DNA from: Bispira polyomma
Lineage: Eukaryota
Length of the DNA: 64,000 bases
Assembly: GCA_965649765.1 (NCBI GenBank)
Contig: OZ287761.1
Span: 23,622,001-23,686,000, forward strand
Reading direction: 5' to 3'
The position numbers were made by a program, and so were the translations under genes. The notes under the pieces are model-generated. The model made no database searches. It was not told where the DNA came from and worked only from the letters and a program-made list of their open reading frames with translations. Below, in pieces: positions 1-12,900 of this stretch. The first letter of the stretch is position 1. Each line of letters starts with the position of its first letter.

Positions 1-394
1 AGTTTTTCAGTTGTGTACATTTTTAAATACATATTGGTGCATAATTTTCAGATAAGTTTTCAGATTGTAAGTTTTTCAGTTGTGTGCATTTTTAATTTAT
101 CCTAAAACCGCCCGAGAAAAGCAGAAAAGACACCCGAAAAAGGCTTAAAGATATTTATAACCACGTGCCCGTGTATTCTCAAAAGATCTTAGGCTCAACT
201 CAGACTGAAGCTCAAATCTCAACAGCGAGTTATTCCCTTTTGAACAGATTTTCACAATTTATATTAATATACCCCCTTTATAAATGTTTATAATATGTAA
301 ACATGAGGTCATCGTAAATGCTCTTTCCTGGTTTAGTAACGATTCATAAATATTTGTAACGTTCACTGTGTTGTTTTTATTTCCTCTCCATAAG

Positions 395-544
395 GTGCCG
401 ATGAATCAGGCGATCTGATTGGACGTTACTGCGGATCCACCCTCCCTGAACGCCTCGTTCTACCGGGGCCCTTCCTCTGGCTGCAGTTCGTCACTGATGA
501 GAGCATCGAAAGGCCAGGATTTGAGGCAGCTTACAGCTACCACA
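395..544 (+). CDS. Gene 1 exon: C-terminal half of a CUB domain
   Basis: GADESGDLIGRYCGSTLPERLVLPGPFLWLQFVTDESIERPGFEAAYSYH matches CUB (GxYCG...FxTDxS...GFxAxY); taag| and |gtaagg boundaries. Confidence 0.9.
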
Positions 545-938
545 GTAAGGGAGTGTTGTTTTAGTTTTTATAAAAGTGATATGAGACCTGCTCTACATAC
601 TTTGTTGAGTTGGTGGTGAATTTGAATCGAGTCTCTTTCTTGCTCTGTCTATATGAACCTGTTTTCACAGATCAGCATTATTCGTACATGGCCAAAAAAT
701 TCCAGGAAAATGTAACTGAACGAAAAGATAAGTAATTATTCATCAATATTTGGAAGGAATGCATGTTTTAAATTTGTTTTAAATTGTAAAAACGTATGTC
801 CTGAGTTTACACGCTGTACGTACCCCAAGCATTGCCATTGTTTTTAACCTTTTCTACCATAAGGCTGTTAGCAAGCAGTCGACGGCCATTTACCTACTCC
901 CAGAACCCTCGCCTTCCGCCCTCCCTCCCACCCTCCCC

Positions 939-969
<31 letters not shown>

Positions 970-3900
970 AAAATAAATAAATTATTTAGATACAGCAGAC
1001 TCTGCTTTATATTAAAAAAATATACAAGAGGCTGTTATTGAATGCCGGAAGCTAGTAGTCTGTGGGTGTGTATTTTAGTGACTCCAGCAAACTGTAAGCT
1101 ATTACCCTCCAAAATTTGCTTTGGTTCCTGGTGGCAGTTTGTCACCGTATGAGAGCGGCGGAAAGGCAAGATTTGAAGCAGCCTACTCCTATCATAGTAA
1201 GAGTTCAAGGATTAGTTTGAGCTTCACAATAGCTTTCAGCACTTGATATGTGTGTATGTTTTAGTGAGTCCAGCTATGTATAACCCTATCACCGAAACAT
1301 TTCCATTTTTCCCCGGTTTCCGGGGGCGATAGTTATCACTTGGAGTTGAAAGGGTCAGGTAAAATGTCATTTTTTAGCTATCCAGTTATCAAAAAGGCTC
1401 TTATATATAGGACTGTCACTGGTGGCCCAATGGTTTTACGAGTGCCTGATTTCACAATCACTGGCCTCTCACCAATGTGTGGATTTCGAATCCCATTTTG
1501 TTTTTTCAGGTGTGGAAAAGATTGTCAGGGAATTGCTGTAGGGTTGGTGGTTTACACAATGGCTAATCAGCACTGTTTTCTTTTGCTTGTAATAATAATT
1601 AAAGCATTTGTAGAGCGCCAAATTGATGAAAATATCCTCAAAGGCGCTGATATCTGAAAAGAGAAGGTCCAGGAGCAAGCAAAAGGTTGTTACCAAAAAG
1701 CATCCACCAGGGAAGGGTGAAACTACATAGGGTGATAAGAAAGTCTGAAGGGGTTTGAGATCGCTTCTTAAACCAGAGATTATATCCTGTGATCTGACAT
1801 AACTGTGGGAGCTTGTTTCATTTAACAAGAGCAGCGACAGCAAAGCAACGCCTACCAGTTTACCTATTTGGATGAGTTGAGGAAGTGGAGAGGTGAACAC
1901 AAGAATGTTGTATTTAAAAAGAGTACGCTGTATACAAAATATATTTTGAATTGTTTGGCATTTATCTGTTGTAGACTGTGGGGGGAGTAGCAGAGTCAGT
2001 GGTGGCACGGTAAGCAGCGATGGCTACCCTTCAGCGTATGCGGCTGGGCAGAGCTGTGCCTGGAAGATAGAGGCTCCATACGGCAGCCAGATTGAGGTAG
2101 GTCTGTGTAGCATGACAGAGTATTGTCAAACTTCCTATTATCGATCACTTCCTATCATCCATTAGTATCGGGTCTTGTGATCACACATAGCTTATTTATT
2201 TGAGTTTAGTACAAGTTTTAGGCAGGAGTCTAGCTTGAGAATATAATAGCCCATGTGGTCAGCCCTTATTTTGACCTTGACTCTGCAAATTACAATTCCC
2301 TGGTGTTCTTTGATGAGCCTGTGTATACCTTTAATGTCCCACTTCGCTTCACTTCGAAAGACTAAATAAGTCTTCTTAACATTGTAGAGCAGGCTGTTAC
2401 ATCCTCTAAACATTGTTAAGTAGGCTGTTACATCCTCTTAACGTTGTAGAACAGACTGTTACATTCTCTTAACTTTGTATGGTAGGCTGTTACTTCCTTT
2501 TAACATTATAAGGTAGACTGTTACACCCTCTTAACATTGTAGGGTATGCTGTTACATCCTCTTAACATTGTAGGCTAGGTTCTTACACCCTCTACACGTT
2601 GTAGAGCAGGATGTTAAATTCTCTTTACATGGCAGAGTAGACTTCACATCCTCTTAACATTGTAGAGTAGGCTGTTACATCCTCTAACTATGACAGAGCA
2701 GGCTGTTACATCCTCTTAACATGGCAGGGTAGGCGGTCACATCCTCTCTTAACATGGCAGGGTGGGCTGTTACTTCATATTAACATGGAATGGCAGGTTG
2801 TTACATCCTCTCTTAACATGGCAGGGTATGGAATTTGAATGGTCCATTTCTTGAATGCATATGTTAATACTCGCTGCTATATTTTACACACCAGGTCTCC
2901 TTCAATGCCGGTTTTCACCTTGACTGTGCCAATAACGATTCCCTGGAGTTTTTTGACGGCGGGCCTCTCCGTTCCTCCTCCACTTCACTGGGAGGACTGC
3001 ACTGTGGCACCACTGTGCCTGCCGGCTTCACCTCCCAGACCAACCACCTTTTGGCGGTATTCATCAGTGGTGGTGGACAACAGTTGCCTGGAGAACTGAG
3101 TTTTGCCGCAAGCCGCCGCCGCCGTCAGACAGGCAATATTGGGTTTGAGTTCTCCTACACATTTGTCACAGGTATAGTAATATCACTAGGATAATTAAAT
3201 TTATATAGCCATATTTATTATTTTTTTTCAATAATTTAAGTTTCAATGTACTTTTCAATTTATTGTGGCACAACAAAAAAAGATAAGGACAGTGCATAGT
3301 GTGAGGAACCTTCAACAGCCCACATTATCTACAGCACTATTTCTATTGCTGCTACCTTTATCTAAAAAGTTCTGCTATCTGCTGTTCTGTATGATCTGTT
3401 TTAGCCTTATTGATGTTTATCTATAGTCTTACTGGATCTCTACAGGGGCAGCGGTGGCCTAGTGGTTAGCAAGCATTGCGCTTCACAATCACTGGTCTCT
3501 CACCTCTGGGCGGCGTGAGTTCGAATCCCATCGATGCCTATGTGGGAAAGGTGGTAGTTCCTTACTGTGGGCCGCTGCAGTGTTTCCTTCAGCGTTTCCA
3601 ACTACCCGTCCCAATATAACCTACTAAAAGGTACTAGAGTGGACGTTAAATATCCAAATTCAAATTCAAATACTGGATCTCTACAGAGTTGAATTGCCTA
3701 CATGTGACTTTTATATATGATTTTTGATATGTACTTTTTTCATTCTATTTATATTATATATATGGCGTTAGGTAGTTTTAATATTAGCCCCGAGCCTAAA
3801 ACAAAGCTATCTATCCTCCATCTATATATCTGTCTTTTAATGAAGTAACTCAATTTAGGTCTCCCTCAGGTATTTCATTCTTTACTTGTCCCCCCCCCCC

Positions 3901-6900
3901 CTCCCCCTATCCCTATAAAATGTCAACTCAATACAAGGTGCAGTATAGGACATATACAGGCTTTCGTATGCCCTCCATGCCTCTGTACCATTAGTTCAAA
4001 AGTTAAAAAAGACATGTCAACAATAATTTATCCTATGTTTGCTCCTAGGAGGTGGAATGATCTGCCTCAACATGATATTTGCCCCGCCTCCCCCAGCAAG
4101 TTTTTTCCACCTCAGAGCATTAACCTTACTGTTGCCTGAGTCATGACCCGTGTACGTCCAATGGTTATACGAAATTTTGAAAATGAGTTTAACCTGTCTT
4201 GTGCACCCTAGAATCCACTAGCATGGAGATGAAGTGCTATAAAATTTCAATTAGATTGTATCTTGTTGAGATATTTGTCACTGTAGTGTAACGCAGACTG
4301 ACAGTACGAAGATTATATATACACATAACCTTTCAAGCCCTCAGATGTTAGCTGGCTAATATTTATCTAGTAACCTAAACTAAATACTGCAAATAATGTT
4401 ATGTTTAAATAGAAACAAAAACAGAAATATAGCATGATCGGTCACTTGTAAACTTTCTTCTTTAACAAATTACACCTAAGGTCGTTGATGAACGCTGGAA
4501 GTAATTTTTTAAATGTTTTTTTTTTAATTTTTTTAGGAAATCTTCCGTGCAAAACAACATCAGAGATGGAATCAGGTACATTTATCCACTATCTGTTACA
4601 TAAAATTTGAAACAAAAAGTTGATGACAAATGCGGATATGAAATATCAACCTTTAACAATGTTATGTATGGCAGCAGATTAGGGGCCCTCATGTAGAAAT
4701 ATTTGTTTCTATTTCTTGACTTTTAAAGTCTATTTTGTTTACTTGTTTTTTCAATTGTTTAATTAATTTGGACTTACAAAGTCAATTGATGGATTTGAAT
4801 TTATTGACTTTCAAACTCAATTTATTGACTTTCAAACTCCATTTATGAACTTTCTAACCCGATTTATTAACTTACAAAGTTAGAGTTTACTGCAATAAAT
4901 CGAGTTTTGACAGTCCATATTTTATAGAAATAATTTCTACTTGAGGCCCTAAAATGCTTTAGTGGTTATGGTACATACAAACCTTAATTTGTATTGCTTT
5001 GTCAATCTGAATTTCAAGTTTAAAAAAAAAGATAAGTATTTCAAGTTAATTCTCTGTGGTAGCAACTGTGCACATCTTATTAACGTATTGTTAGCGGTCA
5101 AGGCTCTAATTTATTTGACTGGAGTTTTGGTTTGTAACATCAATTTCAACACATTGTATTTAGGGTCATATATATCATGACGGGTCAGTTTTGCAGTGCT
5201 GGAGGAAACACTAGTGTACATGTTGACAACAATGACAACGGTGAATTTTACTTGTTTTACAAACTGGAACAGAAAACAAAATTGACATCAGGACTATAAA
5301 GTGAACAGTAGACTGTACAATGGATATGATTATTTATTTTGCAAAATGTGCATTATTTATAGTGACCCGCACTTCTCTTCCATTCCAGCATAACACTCCT
5401 TCACTGTCTTGGGAAACAGACAGTATATTTACTTTGCTTCTAGACCAAGTATTTTGCCACCAATGACGGCTTTTCCAACTGATGTATAGCCGATTGGCCA
5501 CAGAGCAGCTACCATAAGCAAAACGTTGTAAATTTACAACGTTTTTACTTAAGGTAGCCATTCTGTCCTTTTTCGTGATTCAGCAGTCAATATAGCAGCA
5601 AGGAATCTCGCAAAATTATTCGGTTTACTTTACTTCCTATATCTCTCATCGCAGATAAGAAAACTATTAGTACACCAATTACATAGATAACCCATTTGAG
5701 AAAAATATTACCCCTCACCTCCTATCATTTGTTTTTCTTCTCAGCGACCGTTCGCTTCCCTTTCGATGCCCTGAATGGTGACACTTTCGACGACGGTACC
5801 TACAGAGTCAGCCCGCGGCGGGGCACACCGACCCTGGTGCAAGGCATTGTGGGAAACGCTGTCTACTTGGACGGGACAGTGGTGCTGACCTTGGGCCAGC
5901 GGCAGGCGACCTGCTTCTTCGACTTAGGGGAGTGCCTAAATGGGGCTACTTTGGCCATGTGGTTGCAGTACAGAAGAAGTTTGGTAAGTAGATAGTTACA
6001 CTCCATTTTTGATGTTCATAAACAATTTGCGAAGAATTTGTTTCACTTACTTTTGTTGAAGACAGTGAATTTCTTTCCCAAAAAGTTGTATTCACAAACA
6101 AAGTGGTAAAACCTCTATACATACTAAGAGAGTTTACTAAGATTCCTAGTTAGGAAAGAAATGCCAAGGTACCTTATCTGCTCACTTAAAATCTTAGTAG
6201 GTAAAAGTAGGTTTTCTTTCGCGAATAACACTTTTGATATAAGTATTAGTATAAGTAAGTATCTGTGTATATCAGCGCATTAAACACTTAGGCTTCTGGG
6301 CTTTCCCACTATTCCGGGCATTTTGGGGCATTTTTTTCTGATATTTTGTTCAATTGGACAGGCTCATCTTAGACTTAAGTACTTTTACATTTGTTTCATA
6401 TACTTACTAGGCCTCTTGTAATCTACTGCCATGGAGTCCCCACAAAATCTCAACATATTATGTTATGGATAAGCTAAAAGGCCCTCATAGCCCAGATAAA
6501 ACAGCAACTAATGCCCAGAAATATTGATTTTTCTCACAGATCATACTCAATTGTAGAGTTATTCTCTTCACATCAACAGCTTACATAAACTTTTCCTGTA
6601 CATGCCATCACCAGTTCAGAGGATAGCTGTCCCTGGCTTTCTAAACCTGTTGCTCAAGTAAATAACTCGCTTGCAGAGGCTGGAGATTCGAACCACTGAC
6701 ATGTGATCAACTGCACTTTAGTCCCCTTTAGAAGTTTACCACGTTACTGTATGAGCTAAAAGACAAATGTATTATGACTAGACAAAAATGAAAAAAACAA
6801 TAGGGGAAATTATTTTCTTAATGTTTTTTTAGTCCTATTTTCGACTTAACTTAGTATATAAAAAGGTTTAACAATCTCTGCACACTTAAATAATTGGAGA

Positions 6901-9900
6901 AATTCATTTCCTAAATAAGTAGGTGTTTGCTAAACAAATTGTAAACTCTCTGTATGGTTTTGGTATCCTCTGGAAAAACTGTTCACGATTTCGGTCCTAA
7001 GAGACTAGCAAACTACGATCGGCAAAATGTTTTTTTTTGCTGTTGTGTGTTGGGCACTTCTAAAATATACACCCACTACTGTGAGATCTAAGTGAGATTC
7101 TAATCTGGACTAAATTTTTTAAAATATACTTATGGTGCCTCACTGTGAATGCATCTATTTTATTTTAATTTTATTATACATTAATACTCAAAGTACAGTT
7201 ACAATATATACATATAAATTTGGTTGTCATCTTTTTTAACAACTAAATGACAGAGGTGCAAGTATAAATAATTGTGCGGTATAACAATAAAGAGACTATT
7301 TTACACAAAAGTATTCCAGCATAAAAGTAATTTCATCTTCTGAAAGAAATACACTGTCATTATCTCTATTGCATTTAAGACTGTCTCTGAGACTAAGGAT
7401 ACTTGCAATATTACTGGCATTTACATAATTGTAAATGTTGTATAACCCTTAAAACATGTTTTCTTTATACAATTATGGATAAAGTCATTACTGTGGGACA
7501 TACTATTTTTCAAGCTGATACCATATTTGAATCTAATAAAATATTATTTTTTTTTACAAACTATAGATTTACTACCATTGAGAGCTAGGCTGGCACATAT
7601 TAGTAACTGAATTATGACTACTGACCATACTCTTCGTGAACTATGGACCACTGTCAGAACTTATAGAGGATTATCCTGTAGCGTATTGCCAACCAGCGCA
7701 GAGTTTTCAATGCTTTTATGTACTACTGTGCTGTGTTTTAAAAAACCTAGGATGGAGATCTGGAGATGTTCCAAATCCTCAGCAATGGGGGACAAACGGG
7801 CGAGTCCTACGGCTGGTCTGTATTTCTGGATCCCGATTCTAATGGAGCGGGCTTGATGGTCGACTTGTCCACCAAGACACAATCTGCCACCCTAGTGGAC
7901 TTCTCCTGGTCAACGGACGTGGCAGATATAGAGGTGAGTGACCACTGAACTAAACATAGTCAGTATAGAGCTCAGTGACTGCTTAACTAAACATAGTCAG
8001 AATTGGGGAGAACTAACTAACTAAACATGAAACATGGTCAGTATTGAGGTGAGTGACCACTAACTAATCATGGTCAGTATTGAGGCGAGTGACCACTAAC
8101 TAAACATGGTCAGTATTGAGGTGAGTGACCATTTAACTAAACATGGTCAGTATTAAGGTGATTATGACCTAACTCAACATGATCAGTATTGAGGCGAGTA
8201 ACCATTTAACTAAACATGGTCAGTATTGAGGTGATAACGACCTAACTAAACATGGTCAGTATTGAAATAATTATGACCTAACTAGACATGGTTTAGCAAA
8301 AGGTGAGTGACAACTTAACTAACTAAACAGGTCAATATTGAGGTGAGTGACCAATACCTAACTAAACAATAGTCAGCATAAAAGTGTGTGACCACTGACT
8401 AAATATAGTCAGTGTGGAGGTGGGTGACCACAAACTAAACAGGGTCAGTATTGAGGTGGGTGACCATGAACTAAACAGGGTCAGTATTGAGGTGAGTGAC
8501 CACTTAACTAAACATGGTCAGTATTGAGGTGAGTGACCACTAACCAAATAAACATGTTCAATATTTTAACTAATTAAACAGGGTCAGTGACCATGAATTC
8601 ACCATTTAAAGTTTTGGTGTTTTGTTTTCTATTTCATATTCACAGGCCAAGTGGGTACACGTGGCGATCACTTTTGACAACACAGGCATATATCTTTACA
8701 AGGACGGGAAATTTGTGAGATATGCCCAACTCCTGCCAAGACAGGTGGGTGTGGTATTCAGAGGTTTCGCTGTATTTCTGACTTGCTGTATTTGTTATTT
8801 CGATGATAAAGTTGGGGTGTTTCGTTGGATATATATTTTTAATAAATTTTTGCAATTTTTATTTTATGACGTTTTCCCACAAAAAAATTCCATTGATTAA
8901 ATGACTGTGTCTACATGACCTAAATGTTTAGTAGTTTTAGTATCACCAGAAAGCTGTTATTTATCCTTGATGCTAGGTGTCTCTCCAATGTCAATTCTAA
9001 TAAATGATAATTAAAGCATTGACCGGTAAAGTTGGACTGTGAAGTTAAAATGACTAAATAAATAACTTTTTAGAGTGAATGGTTTTGATTAAATGCTTTG
9101 TATCTCAGTAAATATAGGTGACACAGATTTTCAGATTCTATATTCATCAGACCTGATTAATATGCTTTCGGGTACTTATTTACAAAATAAGAAGATATTG
9201 TACAATAGGTGGAAAAGGTTAAGTTGAAAAGAGTTAAGGATTTTTGTCACAACCAACAAAACAGCAGCAAAAAACGCTGATCGGTAATCGTTTGTGTGTG
9301 GCCGCAGGGGCCGTATTCACAAGCATGTCCACAATACATTAAGAACGACAGCCTTAAGTGTTAGTCTTAGTGTTAAGTTCAGGGACTGTCAAACTACGAT
9401 CGGCAAAATAATTTTTTTTTTGCTTTTGTGTGTTGGGCACTTAATTCAATTTACATTTCACACATACATACCATATTGGGTAAATGGTGAGCTGTGTCCT
9501 TATTGGTGATATTGTAATATAAACCATGACTTGTTTAATATAAAGACACACAAAATAATGGACTCAATAACATAGTGGCTAACATATCATCATCACCACT
9601 AAACTCCCTGAAATACTCCAACGCCAATTTTAAATACCACAAAAAAAATAATGGGATAAAAAGGACTAAATCATTTATTGTAATGATGTGTGAGATATTC
9701 AGTTATCAAAATATGGTTCTGTAAGCACACTTGGACACACCAAGACAGATCTCCTACAACAGTAATCATTATATACAGGCTTACCTTTTTAAGAGGATGA
9801 ATCTAAAACAGTGTAACTATATCAATGTAAGACAGTAAAAGGTGTGAAATCATTATAGAATTATTCAAACAGGTCAATGTGATCTCTGTTTTGTTGTTGA

Positions 9901-12900
9901 CACCACAATCTTTATGTTTAGGGCCCAAAATCAAAGACTTAAAATCATAAAAATCTAAAGACTAAAGTTAATACCAGGAGACCTTTTTTTTATGAATACA
10001 GCGCCCCCTAAAGCATTACAGAGTTTTACACAAAGGCTGACAAGGAATAGTAAAAATTACACCAATTATGCCAATAGTTGGGTCACATTAGTTGCCAAAC
10101 ATTCGAGCATTTGGTTTAAAAACAATGTGTAAAGAGAAACTATTAATTAAGCATATCTGTGTTCACTTATTACTGAATATCATATTGTAATATTCACATA
10201 TATATATCAGCACTTTAAAAGCATTGGGAATTGTTATTATTATTATTATTACAGAATAGCATCACTAGCGCCACCTACAATGAGTTTGTGTTTGGTGTGC
10301 CCAACGACCAACTCACCACGGATTACTACAGCGGGGGTGGATACATTGACGAACTCCTCTTTTGGGATTCAGCCAAAGATCCAGAGTTCATCACGGTTCT
10401 CTTTGAAAGCTACAATGGTACGTGTGTATGGTGTATGCCTTTGGTACTTCCCGGGTATATGGACACAGCCTATTTATGACAAATTCATTATGTTAGTAAA
10501 GACCTTAAAAATCGACCCACTTCATGAATCGACCCACTTCATGAATCGACCCACTTCACGCTAAACCGTGTATGTTAATCAAGACTTTTCCAAATAATGT
10601 GGCCACTACTATATTTTGTGTTACGTATATAGCCTTGAGTCTGTTAGATTCTTGAGTTTTAACCATTTATTTATGGACTTATTTCATAATGAAAAATACC
10701 ATTCTTGACGAATGTTTGAGCGGTATTTTGATCTAGAGATTATTTTGTGTTGTAAATGATATAAAACGCATTTGTGTAATGTGGAAAAATGGCAAATATA
10801 GAATTTAGAAGACCATCACATCAACAAGATCCAATAATATTTGGCTAAACTTTCCAATATGGAGGAAAGGGTAAACTTCGGAAATGTATGCAAGTTGAAA
10901 TCTACATTATTTTTCATTAATTGCAATATGTGGCTACCTTGATTACCTTTGTTTCATGTTTCTCACAGTACACATTCAAAATGATATCAAGTGTAAGATG
11001 ATCAATTTGATCTATCTCTTAAGTATTTATGATTTATTTTTCCTTTTTGCCACTTAATGCGATTTCGGTCTCATACTTAAATTCGACTAATAGCTAGCGA
11101 GTGAAATATACATGATATCAAGTAGTCACAAATCCCAGACTCGATGCATTACTATATTTCTCACAGTCGACTAATACATCGATTTTGCTGTAGCTTTACT
11201 GTCCTCTCACCAATATGTGGGTTAGAATCCTGTTTGTTCCCTTCGTATGAGAGAACAGTTTGTCAGGTACTTGCAATAGGGCCGGTGGTTTACACATTGT
11301 CTTCAGCACCGGGTTTCTTCTACGACCAATTATGGCCATCATGAAAGGACTTGGGTTTGTTAAAAGCGACGTAAAAAAAACCTCACAACTATGTTCACCT
11401 AAAAACAAAGCGTTCACATTTTTGCAGTTCACTAGTTCTTTCACCAATGTGTGGATTTAAATCCCGTTTGTTTCCTTCATTTGAGAGAACAGTTTGTGAG
11501 GGTACTTTGCAGCAGGGTGGGTGGAGTTTACACAGTGCATGTTTCAGCACTCTGGTTTCTTCCATGACCAAGTATGGGATTTGTGATATGTGACTTAAGG
11601 CTGTTCAAAACTACCTAAAACCCCAACTAAATTCACTTATTGTGCCACTTCACGTCACCCACCTATATCTCTAAATATTGACGCTTGATTCATGATAAGT
11701 GTAATAGTTATACTCCTTTATGTTAAAAAAAATGATTGATATCCTGTATCATAATATAATGTATTGAACATATTTTCTGTTTTAAATACTCAATATTTGT
11801 TCAATTTCAAAATGATGAAGCACCCAAAATCGGTCCAAAAACTGCCAAAACAATTAATAATTCAAATCTGAGTTTGGTTTATGCGACGTCTGAGCCATAA
11901 ATATTATGAGTACTATGTTTGTTTGTATCAATTTTTGCAGATGACAGAGAAACCTGTTCCCCTCCATACGAATGTGTCGACGGTAAGTGGCAGGGCACAC
12001 CCTGCAAAATATATACAGTGGAGAACCTCTATTATCCAAAGTTCTACTTTTATCTGAATATTCAGTCTCTTTATTATGAACTCATTGTCAATTCTTTCAA
12101 GACTATATATATATATATATATATATATTGTTAAGGCTTTAGTAACGTAAACACAAAAATAATTGCCGATAACCATGTCATGTATGTTTAATTAAATACT
12201 AAATCATATATTTTAAGTGTCATTTTAATACATATTTTGAGACATACAATATATATAGCAGTGTGTAAAATTAAAACTAAAATAGGTTATATTTTCAAGG
12301 TACATGCTTCACAAACGTGACACAATTCGAATACCAAGAAAGAAACAGTACTGAAGTATTGTACATGACTAGAAAAAGGAAAACTTCAGCATTATTTTGA
12401 ATAAATTCGTTTTTCAATAAAAGCACAAAAACCGGCAATCATTTTAGAAAAACATTAAAGTTACGCTCTTCTGAACAGAAAGATATTTTGTATTCTTCGT
12501 TTTTATAAAAAAAAAAGAAACATATTGAAAAATGTAAATCATTAAAAATAATATACACATTTTTTAAAGTTGTGTAACGTATGTATTGTGTTCATATGTG
12601 CTGGATCAATACTTGTACTATGTCACAATAGACGGTGTTCTCTGCGAGAATTGTTTAAAAATATGACGTTCCACCATAGATTTGAAATTGTGTGACGTCA
12701 CAAAACAAGATTCACTATACTACTTTCTTAATCATTTTTTAATAAAATATTAAAGTTTTAAATTGTTTCTGCATATAAAAATGGTTAAAACGGTCACCAA
12801 AGACATATTTTAAGGCTGCCATAGTGGATAGTTATGGTTAAAACATTTTCGTAACTGAGGTATAATTTATGGGCTACGTATTTGTGTGTTTATGTTACTA

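Noticed and set aside
832-1041. Poly-Pro/poly-Lys ORF
   Set aside because: Translation of C and A homopolymer runs, which are common throughout the window.
1469-2008. 179-aa minus-strand ORF as a gene
   Set aside because: Composite of an antisense exon, LINE 3' end and SINE; no coherent domain.
2377-2827. CRISPR-like appearance of 31-bp (and 36-40-bp) repeats
   Set aside because: Contiguous degenerate units with no unique spacers, no cas genes, and a eukaryotic intron context.
3446-3530. tRNA gene
   Set aside because: A/B boxes are followed by a shared SINE body, tail and TSD, so this is a SINE head.
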